A stretch of 63,966 nt of DNA, filler included, from Caldilineae bacterium (lineage in GTDB: Bacteria; Chloroflexota; Anaerolineae; DTLA01), in the NCBI GenBank assembly GCA_037446815.1. It is 3 parts of 3 records of this genome, joined end to end, with 100 filler letters (N's around TTAATTAATTAA, not from the genome) between each part and the next. Parts side by side here need not be neighbours in the genome. Positions count along the whole stretch, not along the records: positions 29,701 to 58,837 come from JBBIHX010000024.1; positions 58,938 to 63,966 come from JBBIHX010000198.1; 1 more part is not named here. One strand, written 5' to 3'. The notes under the pieces were generated by a model. The model saw only the letters and a program-made list of their open reading frames with translations, was not told the origin of the DNA and made no database searches. The position numbers were made by a program, and so were the translations under genes. Below, piece after piece: positions 51,002 through 59,073 of the stretch (its first letter is position 1; each line of letters opens with the position of its first letter).

Positions 51002-51151
51002 GAGTCGGTTCCATCTTGTGTTGGTGAACCGTGCGCGCACTCTCCTCGTGTGTCATTGCGAGCGAAGCGAAGCAATCCCACGCCCCGGAGATTGCTTCGG
51101 GCACTGCGTGCCCTCGCAATGACGGGTACCAACAGGCTCTGGAACCGAGTC
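51002..51151 (+). mobile_element. 150-bp MITE, copy 5
   Basis: GAGTCGGTTCCA...TGGAACCGAGTC; perfect flanks GGCTTCAA/GGCTTCAA. Confidence 0.88.
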
Positions 51152-51155
51152 GGCT

Positions 51156-53429
51156 TCAAGGCAGCGGCAGGACGATGATGTCATCCTTGAGCCTGCGGCC
51201 GAAGGGGTCAAACGCCAGCAGCCGCTCCTGCGTGTCGGGGTCGTACACGCCGAGGTGCAGCCCGTACATGCGGGACTCGGCGTTCCGAGGCACCGGGACG
51301 ATGACCTCATCGTCCACAATCTCCCCCACATCCCACAGGCTCGTCGGATATGCGCCGTCGCGCGGTTGGCGGTCAACCTGCCACACGGTCTTGCCATCCA
51401 CGCCCACGACATGGATGAAGACGATATAGTCCTTGTCCATGGGCGCCAGCGCCTGCCATGTCAAACGCAGCGAGACCGTGCGCGATGCGGGGTCGGCCTG
51501 GGCCTGGCGCGCGACGAGCGCCAACTTCTCGCCGAGCACGTATTCGGCTCCTGTATCCGTCCTCCCAACGGTCATGCCGGCGGTCATCTTGAACGGCCGC
51601 AGGCGGAATTGAAGCCCCAGGAATCGCCCTCCGGGATCCGTGGCAGCCAGCGCCGTATCGTTTTCGGCATCCAACACCGTGAGGGCTACGATGCCCATCC
51701 CGGGCGAGGGCATCGTGTCGGGGATGCGAATGCGGTACGTGTCGCGGAACACCTGGCCCGGCTCCCACAGCGAGGTCGCGTAGTTGCCCCAGCCCGGGTA
51801 CAGTTCCGCCGTGGCGTGGGCGCGGCCGTCTGCGTCCAGGACCTGCCAGCGCAGGGTGTAGTTGTGATCCATAGGGGCGAGGGCGCGCCAGTACACGCGA
51901 ATCTCCAGCACATCGCCGGGCGCGTATCGCCCCCGATTGCCGCACTCGTACCCCAGTAACTCCATCTGATCGCCAAAGCGGACATACACAGGGTTGGGCA
52001 AGTCGGTTATCCGGTCGGGCGGGATGAGCGGCGGCGGGGCGTACACGGGTGCGATGCACAGAAACGGCACCACCAGCGAGACCGCCCCAAGCGCGCCCCC
52101 AAGGATACGCGGCAAGCGTTCCTGCCAACGCGCGGGCAGCCAATGGCCCAGCCCCACCGCCACGAACACGGCCAGCGGGGGGAGAATGGCGAGGAACGTG
52201 CGGCCGCGCAGGAGTTCCGACCCCTTGTACAGCGCCAGATAGACCGGCGGGGCCATCACGCAGGCGATGGTCAGCGCGAGCCAGGCGATATGGCGCACCT
52301 TCGGCGGCCTGCGCCGCGCAAGCCAGGCCACACACCCGATGCCGCCCACCGTCAGCACCAGGGCGAACGCCGCGTACACCCACCACGCGGCGGGCACGTT
52401 ACCCCAGCCAAAGGACGCCGTGAACGTCAAGAAGGCATAGCGCACCGTGCCCCAGAAACTGACCGGCTTGAGGCGTATGGCCAGGTCGGCCGGGTCGGTC
52501 CAGATGAGGCCCAACGACTTGAGCACGTGCTGGTAACGGAGAACCGGCGAGCCAATGGCTGCCAGGTTGCGCACGTACCACCACGCGCCCGCGCCAAGGC
52601 CGACAAGCACGGCCGCGCCGGTGGACGCCCAGAACCGCGCCGAGAACTCGCGCCGCCGGATGGCCTTCACCCCCAGCGCGAGGAGCGCCAGCGGGAAGAG
52701 CGCCAGAAGCCCTAGCGCCGTCAACTTGGACAGCATGGCCGCGCCCAGCGCCAGCGCCAACTCCAGCAGGCGGGCCACGCTGGGAGGCCACGAGTCCAGT
52801 GTCTTCACAAGGGCCAGCAAGACCCACGCGGCGCAGCAGACCACAAGCACGTCGTTGGTGATAACGCTGCCGACGAACAGCAGTTGGGGCCAGGAGGCGA
52901 CGATGGCCGCGGCGGTCAGCGCCAGCCACCGGCAGCCATCCGACACGCGGGCGGCAATGCGGTAGGTGAGCCAGACGGTGAGGGTCGCCAGAATCACGGA
53001 CACGAGCCGCGCCAGGTGGGCCGAGAGCACCCACCCTCGGTACGGGAACGCCTCTTCGGGCGCGTGGATGGCAAAGTTCAGCCCGCCGACGCCTGTGCCC
53101 GTCCGCGCGTAGGGGTTCACGTCGGGCGGGGTCCAGTCGCGGGCGTCCACGGGCGAGATGGCCAGCGCGCCCAACGCGTAGTACAGGGGCGGCTGCTGCG
53201 ACTCGTCAAACTCCACGCCCAGCGATTGCCCTGGCGTGGGCAGGCGCTTCTCCTGGGCGATGTAGTGCATGACGGCGTAGTGCCCCCACTCGTCCGGCGC
53301 TTCCCACAGCGGCACCACGACGCTGTACAGCACGCCCAGCGCGAACCGAATCGCCAGTAGCGCAAGAAGGGCCCTATCCGCGCGCTTCAGGCGCTGTCGG
53401 ACAAAGGTCAAGAACCGCTGCGTAATCAT
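51156..53429 (-). CDS. GT-C/ArnT-like membrane glycosyltransferase with two C-terminal Ig-like domains
   Basis: PLWEAPDEWGH, QPPLYY, TND, repeated W.AL.PM..DY...TSLW..G modules. Confidence 0.8.
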   Translation of the reverse strand: MITQRFLTFVRQRLKRADRALLALLAIRFALGVLYSVVVPLWEAPDEWGHYAVMHYIAQEKRLPTPGQSLGVEFDESQQPPLYYALGALAISPVDARDWTPPDVNPYARTGTGVGGLNFAIHAPEEAFPYRGWVLSAHLARLVSVILATLTVWLTYRIAARVSDGCRWLALTAAAIVASWPQLLFVGSVITNDVLVVCCAAWVLLALVKTLDSWPPSVARLLELALALGAAMLSKLTALGLLALFPLALLALGVKAIRRREFSARFWASTGAAVLVGLGAGAWWYVRNLAAIGSPVLRYQHVLKSLGLIWTDPADLAIRLKPVSFWGTVRYAFLTFTASFGWGNVPAAWWVYAAFALVLTVGGIGCVAWLARRRPPKVRHIAWLALTIACVMAPPVYLALYKGSELLRGRTFLAILPPLAVFVAVGLGHWLPARWQERLPRILGGALGAVSLVVPFLCIAPVYAPPPLIPPDRITDLPNPVYVRFGDQMELLGYECGNRGRYAPGDVLEIRVYWRALAPMDHNYTLRWQVLDADGRAHATAELYPGWGNYATSLWEPGQVFRDTYRIRIPDTMPSPGMGIVALTVLDAENDTALAATDPGGRFLGLQFRLRPFKMTAGMTVGRTDTGAEYVLGEKLALVARQAQADPASRTVSLRLTWQALAPMDKDYIVFIHVVGVDGKTVWQVDRQPRDGAYPTSLWDVGEIVDDEVIVPVPRNAESRMYGLHLGVYDPDTQERLLAFDPFGRRLKDDIIVLPLP

Positions 53430-53501
53430 AGCGCCAGCCTAAACAGGAGTGCGCACATTATAATACCCCGCACCCCGCCCCGCAAAGCGCCCGCAGGTAT
53501 G

Positions 53502-53651
53502 GAGTCGGTTCCAAACTGTGTTGGTATTTGTCATTGCGAGGGCGCGGAGCGGCCGAAGCAATCTCTGGGGCGTGGGGTTGCTTCGCTTCGCTCACAACGA
53601 CACACGGGGAGAGTGTCCATGCGTTTCACCAACACAAGATGAAACCGACTC
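53502..53651 (-). mobile_element. 150-bp MITE, copy 6, followed by a second MITE-end fragment and other repeats
   Basis: GAGTCGGTTCCA...TGAAACCGACTC; flanks AGGTATG/TGGTATG; second GAGTCGGTTTCATC at 53659. Confidence 0.85.
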
Positions 53652-53889
53652 TGGTATGGAGTCGGTTTCATCAACCGTCATTCTGAGCCGCGAAGCGGCG
53701 AAGAATCTCGCCCCTCACCCCAGCCCTCTCCCGCTGGGAGAGGGCGTGTCGCCTTCGGCTCAGCATGACAGTTGGCGGGCCAACGTGCGCCGCATCAACG
53801 TGCGACGCGCCTGCGAGGTGCGTCGCACGTTCCCTATTCGCGTGGATTCGTGTTATTCGTGGATACGGCTTGGGGATGGCTTCGCGTCG

Positions 53890-55272
53890 TTACCGGCCCC
53901 TGCGCCCGACGCGAGAGCCGAGCATCAGCGCGTAGGCCAGCGCGCCGAGGAAGCGGAATGCCCCGCCCAGGTACAGCGCCAGGCGGATGTCGGCGGCGGT
54001 GGCGAAGTACGACCCCGCCAGCGGCGCAACGAACGCCGCCGCGTTGACCGCCGACGTGTAGATGGCGATGAAGCGCGGCCGGTGCGTCTCGGGCGACACG
54101 GCCAGCAACTCGTTGAACGCAGCCAGGTTGAACGCCGGCGTGAAGATGCCGGCGATGATGGCCGGAATCAAGAGCATGGGCAGGGACGTCGCCACGCCCG
54201 TGAGCACGGGGAAGGCGATCATGCCGAAGGCCCCGATGATGAGCACTTTGCGGTTCCCCCAGCGCGTGGCAAGCCGCCCCCAGACGATGTAGAACGCGAT
54301 GGTGATGACCGAGTCCACCATCGTCAGCAGCCCGATCCACGTGTCCGTGGCGCCCAGGTTGCGGATGCGATAGATGGAGTACAGCGCCGTGGGAAAGTAG
54401 ATGCCCCAGTGGAAGATGAGCGAACTCACGACGTACTTTACGAAGGGCCTGGCCGCGGCGACTTCGCGGATGGCGCTGCGAACGTTGATGGTGAGCCACG
54501 ATTTGGGGCGCTCCCGATGCGCGAGGGTAACCTCGTCGGGCACACGGAGCCGGGCCACGTGGCGCAGGCTCATCATCGCCGCGAGGAACGCCAGGCCGAA
54601 CACCACCTGGTACGACGCGGGGAACGGCAGCGCGTCCAGGATGGGGCCGCACGCCAGGACGGTCAGCGTCGTCGTGGCCGAGAGGAGCACGTTGCGGATG
54701 CTGACCACGCGGGCGCGATCCTGCGGCGGGATGAGGTCGGCCATGACGCTGGTAAACGCCACCGCCGCCGTGGCCGCGGGGATCGTCGTCAGCCCCGCGA
54801 TGAACACCACGGCGTACACGCCCCCCTGTCCGGTGAACAGGAATGGCGCCACCGCCACGCCTAGCCAGGCCAGGCGCTGCAAGAAGCCGACCCGCAGCAC
54901 AAGGGGCAGCCTGCGCGGCGCGGCCTCCACGATGCGGGCCGACGGAATGGACCAGACCATGTTGACCAGCGCGGGCAACGCCGCCAGCAGGCCCAGCCAC
55001 TCGGTGCTCGCGCCCAACCGCACGGCGAAGACGCTGAGATACGTAATCCAGACGCCGTTGGCAATGCCCCACCAGGCCACGTCCAGGTACAGGTTCCAAA
55101 TATTCTGTTCGTGGACGCTCTCGCGCGGTCGTCGCCAGGGTAGGCGCGCATAGAAGTACCGGGCCCGCGTTGACCAGCGCGCCCGGCGCACTTTCAGAAG
55201 GTATGTCTGCCTCCGCCAAGCGATGCGAAGGCGGTTCATGCGTGTTCGCAGGGATTCTCGCAACCGTTTCAC
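53890..55272 (-). CDS. MFS transporter
   Basis: About 12 TM helices, MADLIPPQDRAR, WGRLATRWGNRKVL; start GTG 55272 or ATG 55239. Confidence 0.88.
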   Translation of the reverse strand: MKRLRESLRTRMNRLRIAWRRQTYLLKVRRARWSTRARYFYARLPWRRPRESVHEQNIWNLYLDVAWWGIANGVWITYLSVFAVRLGASTEWLGLLAALPALVNMVWSIPSARIVEAAPRRLPLVLRVGFLQRLAWLGVAVAPFLFTGQGGVYAVVFIAGLTTIPAATAAVAFTSVMADLIPPQDRARVVSIRNVLLSATTTLTVLACGPILDALPFPASYQVVFGLAFLAAMMSLRHVARLRVPDEVTLAHRERPKSWLTINVRSAIREVAAARPFVKYVVSSLIFHWGIYFPTALYSIYRIRNLGATDTWIGLLTMVDSVITIAFYIVWGRLATRWGNRKVLIIGAFGMIAFPVLTGVATSLPMLLIPAIIAGIFTPAFNLAAFNELLAVSPETHRPRFIAIYTSAVNAAAFVAPLAGSYFATAADIRLALYLGGAFRFLGALAYALMLGSRVGRRGR

Positions 55273-55338
55273 GGCAACTCCAAGATGCGACGCGCCTCCG
55301 AGGTGCAGGCTCGGCCCAGCGGGCCGAACGCGCTGCAC

Positions 55339-55827
55339 CTAACGCATGACCTCGTCAAAGATGGGCTTGAGTTTGCGATAGGTGTCGTCCAGCCACTCGG
55401 GGACCACGCGGGTCTCCGCGAAGATGGCCATGAAATTGGTGTCGCCGCTCCAGCGCGGGACGGCGTGGACGTGGACGTGCTCGTCAATGCCCGCGCCGGC
55501 GGCCCGCCCCAGGTTCATGCCCACGTTGAACCCCTCGGGCGATAGCGCGCGCTGGAGGACCTCCAGTGACTTGTTCAGCAGCACCAGCATCTCGGTCTGT
55601 ACGTCCATGCTCAAGTCCGCAAGCCGCCCCGCGTGAGTGTACGGGATAATCATCACGTGTCCCGAGTTGTAGGGGTACAGGTTGAGCATCACGCAGGCGT
55701 GCTTGCCGCGATAGAGGATATGGTTCTTGGCATCGTCGCTGTCGGCGATCTTCTGGCAGAAGACGCAGCCTTCGGGCCGCTTGCTCTCCAGGTATTTCAT
55801 TCTCCAGGGCGTCCAAAGTCTCTTCAT
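55339..55827 (-). CDS. HIT-family protein (Ap4A hydrolase/phosphorylase-like)
   Basis: LWTPWR, CVFC, NLYPYNSGH, AGAGIDEHVHVHAVPRW. Confidence 0.92.
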   Translation of the reverse strand: MKRLWTPWRMKYLESKRPEGCVFCQKIADSDDAKNHILYRGKHACVMLNLYPYNSGHVMIIPYTHAGRLADLSMDVQTEMLVLLNKSLEVLQRALSPEGFNVGMNLGRAAGAGIDEHVHVHAVPRWSGDTNFMAIFAETRVVPEWLDDTYRKLKPIFDEVMR

Positions 55828-55952
55828 GTCGTATCGTTGCCTCGTTTTTCGTCGCGCCATTGTAGCAAAGAGCGCGCCTGTGTACAAATGCAGAGCGCCA
55901 CGTGGGGGCACGCGGCGCTCTGGGACGAATCCTTCCCGATGGGCAGCCAGGG

Positions 55953-58319
55953 CTATCCGGCGGCCTCCACGATGGCGCGAATCCGCGCCAGGCGCTGCTC
56001 CCGTTCGCGGGCGAATCGCTCTATGCCCTTGAGCAGCCACGGCGGCGACAGGTGCGCCTCGTCCACCACTTCCTCCACGCTGCCGCCGGTGCGCCAGCGG
56101 TTGTCCCAATCGGCCGCCATGGAGTACTCTTCCGACACGCGGTTGGTGATCCAGTCGCTGGCCAGCCGAAGCGCCGACGTGGTTACCACCATGGAGTCCC
56201 ACCAGTCCTCCTCGGGCAGGATGCTGTCGCGGTAGGACTTGGGTTGCAGCGCGAACAGTTCCGGGCTGATGGCCGCGATGATTTTGACGTTGAGGCCGGC
56301 CTTGTCCAGTTCCGGCAGAATCTTGATGATGTTAAGGGTGCTGCTCGTTCCCTCAACGATGACCGTCCCCATCTTCTTCTGCCCCTCTTTGTACGGGCGG
56401 ATGAGATAGGCGCCCCTGGCCGCGGCGAAGTGGGACTCCATGCCCAGGGCCGCGCGGTCGGGTATCGGGATGGGCGGCCGGGTCAGGTGCAGCATGATGA
56501 TGGGCGCGTCCTGCTTGAGCGCCGCCGCCAGCACCACCGGCACCTCGTTGTACTCCCACGGGTGCAGGTTGATGATGTGGCCCTTCGGGAACAACCGGCC
56601 GACGCCAGGTGAGAAGATGCCGAAGTGCGTGCGGGAATCCTCGGCGGTCTCGGGCCCAGAGTGCCCCGCCACCCACAACACCTTGCCCAACTTCAGCGGG
56701 CAGTCCTGCGCCAGTTGGCTGAACAGGCGCATGGGGCCGTACTTCAGGTACGCAAAGGAGCCGTAGGTGGACGACGCGGCGCAGAATCCGTCCCACTCTG
56801 TCCACGGGTCGTCGGCGAAGTTGACCGTGGCCATGCCCACGCTGATGCCCGCGTTGGCGAACTCGGTGATTTCCTGCGGCAGAAGCGCGCCCTCGGGGTT
56901 GGTCTTGCGGTTGTACCAGCCCCAGCCGGGGAAGTCGCCCCACTTCTTGGCAAACCCGGCGATGTTGGTGGACTCGGCGAGGTCCGCCGACATAGCGATG
57001 AAGAGGGGACGGCCGTAGTGCTCGTAGCCGAAGGCGTTGACCCATGCGCCCCATGCGCCGAGCGCCGCGCGGTTCGGAATCTTGGTCCCCGGCGACACGT
57101 ACAACTGGGGCGGATAGTTCTCGTAGTCGTATAGCCGCTCGTCCTTCCACGGGTTGGCCTTGGTCTTGCGGAACAGGCGGAAGTTGGGCACCATCTCCGG
57201 CACGGAATCGCCCAGGTCGGCCAGGGTGTCGGCGATGTAGTCAATCAGCGCCTGGTCGCGGTGCAGGACCGACAGGACGCGCTGCATGTTGGTGGCCGTC
57301 TGCGCGCGCTGCTCCTCGTAGGTCGGCGGCGCCGGCTGGCCGAATCCCTCAAACTCTATGCCGTACTTCTCGGCGAACGGGGCCTTGCAGCCCCAGAACG
57401 CCTCGCAGTCCATGGGCGAATGGGGCGCGCCGTGGGAGACGTTGTCGTACTTGCCGTAGCCGCGCCCCTTGCGCGTCTTGATCCATGTGCAGGACGGGAC
57501 GCCTTCGGGATTGTCGCCGTAGAACATCTGCAGCATGGCGTGGGTGATCTCTTCCCAGTCCTCGCCGTTCAGCGCGCCAAAGGTGCGCCAGCCATGCGAG
57601 CCGAACCAGTCGTCGGGCGTGCCGTACACCACCTCGCTGATGCGGTGATCGTCAATGCCGAAATCGTTCCAGTCCACCACGTAGTACAGGTTGTGCAGGC
57701 CCAGGCCCCAGGCCGAGTTCATGGTCTCGTGGATGGCGCCAGGGGTTAGACCGCCGTCGCCCTCAAAGGCGATGACCTTGACCTCGGGAGCGCCCGCCAG
57801 TTTGAGGGCGAGCGCCTGGCCCGCTGCGGCCGGCGAGCCGTGGCCCGATGGCCCCGTGTTGAACTTGAAGAACAGGGTCTTGCCGGCCATCTCCGCATGC
57901 CCAGGCAGGCCGCCGCGCCGCCGAAGGGTGAGCAAATCTTCCCAATACAGCGCGCGCTCCTTCTCCTTGGCGATGAGGTAGCGGGGATCGCCCGTCTGCT
58001 TGTACTTGACCCGCATGGCCTCGTTCAGCACGGCCAGCGTGGCGTACACCAGCGGGTTCACATGCCCGCCCACGAGGACGAAGCGGTCGGCAAACCGCTT
58101 TTCGGGGTGGCGGATGTCCCAGCGCATGACCCCGCTCAGGGCGGTGATGACCATGGGGTACACCTTGGAACGCGACCCGCCCGGGTGGCCGCTCTGCCGG
58201 AAGTTCAGCATGAGGTCCACCAACTGGTCAATCATGTCCTTGATGACTTCCCACTTCTGGAAGTGTGGCCGCAACGCCTCCAGTCTGCTGGCCACATTCG
58301 CTTCTGTAGGGCTGTTCAT
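55953..58319 (-). CDS. Transketolase-family thiamine-diphosphate enzyme (atypically long)
   Basis: QSGHPGGS, LPGH, NTGPSGHG, GDG...N ThDP motif, SADLAEST, EDSRTH; GAGGAGG RBS. Confidence 0.85.
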   Translation of the reverse strand: MNSPTEANVASRLEALRPHFQKWEVIKDMIDQLVDLMLNFRQSGHPGGSRSKVYPMVITALSGVMRWDIRHPEKRFADRFVLVGGHVNPLVYATLAVLNEAMRVKYKQTGDPRYLIAKEKERALYWEDLLTLRRRGGLPGHAEMAGKTLFFKFNTGPSGHGSPAAAGQALALKLAGAPEVKVIAFEGDGGLTPGAIHETMNSAWGLGLHNLYYVVDWNDFGIDDHRISEVVYGTPDDWFGSHGWRTFGALNGEDWEEITHAMLQMFYGDNPEGVPSCTWIKTRKGRGYGKYDNVSHGAPHSPMDCEAFWGCKAPFAEKYGIEFEGFGQPAPPTYEEQRAQTATNMQRVLSVLHRDQALIDYIADTLADLGDSVPEMVPNFRLFRKTKANPWKDERLYDYENYPPQLYVSPGTKIPNRAALGAWGAWVNAFGYEHYGRPLFIAMSADLAESTNIAGFAKKWGDFPGWGWYNRKTNPEGALLPQEITEFANAGISVGMATVNFADDPWTEWDGFCAASSTYGSFAYLKYGPMRLFSQLAQDCPLKLGKVLWVAGHSGPETAEDSRTHFGIFSPGVGRLFPKGHIINLHPWEYNEVPVVLAAALKQDAPIIMLHLTRPPIPIPDRAALGMESHFAAARGAYLIRPYKEGQKKMGTVIVEGTSSTLNIIKILPELDKAGLNVKIIAAISPELFALQPKSYRDSILPEEDWWDSMVVTTSALRLASDWITNRVSEEYSMAADWDNRWRTGGSVEEVVDEAHLSPPWLLKGIERFAREREQRLARIRAIVEAAG

Positions 58320-58507
58320 GCACATCCTCCTCACGATGTTGATTCCTGATAGCACCCTCTTGGCAAAACAAAACCGAGGAATTGCTCTAGCGGCCTCGGT
58401 CTAAACGCTCACGGCAAAACAAAACCCATCGTGGACTCCCTCGTCGCAGCGATGAACGGGCCACACGGCCCGCGACGCGCCGGGGCATACGCCCCCGTCG
58501 CGAGGCA

Positions 58508-58536
58508 AGTCTACCAGAAGTCGCGCCTTTCGTCAA
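58508..58536 (-). promoter_or_regulatory. sigma70-type promoter for the transketolase-like gene
   Basis: Minus strand TTGACG-17-TAGACT with TG extension. Confidence 0.6.
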
Positions 58537-58589
58537 ACCTTGCGGGCAGGCGTCTCCCTCTGGCGTGTAGGCGGCAGACGGGAGGGTTG

Positions 58590-58739
58590 GATTCGGTTCC
58601 AAAGCCTGTTGGTATTTGTCATTGCGAGGGCGCGGAGCGCCCGAAGCAATCTCTGGGGCGTGAGGTTGCTTCGCTTCGCTCGCAACGACACACGAGGAGA
58701 GTGTCCTTGCGTTTCACCAACACAAGATGAAACCGACTC
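58590..58739 (-). mobile_element. 150-bp MITE, copy 7
   Basis: GATTCGGTTCCA...TGAAACCGACTC; flanks GAGGGTTG/CAGGGTTG (7/8). Confidence 0.85.
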
Positions 58740-58837
58740 CAGGGTTGTATCCGCGGATAACACGGATGGCGCGGACGGGGCAGGAGATTCTTCGCCGCTC
58801 CGCGGCTCAGAATGACCGCAGACGCACCCTCGCCCGC

Positions 58838-58937
58838 NNNNNNNNNNNNNNNNNNNNNNNNNNNNNNNNNNNNNNNNNNNNTTAATTAATTAANNNNNNN
58901 NNNNNNNNNNNNNNNNNNNNNNNNNNNNNNNNNNNNN
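58838..58937. other. Artificial contig-joining linker
   Basis: N run + TTAATTAATTAA + N run, same design as 29601-29700. Confidence 0.95.
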
Positions 58938-59073
58938 TCCGTGGATACAACCCTGGAGATGCTTCGCCTTCGGCTCAGCATGACAGGAGGGGCGGGCAAT
59001 CGGCAGGCACACTTTGAGTTAGCCCCCGCTTGTGGTATACTGCCCCCAGCACAAACCGGCGAGGTGAAGTTCC

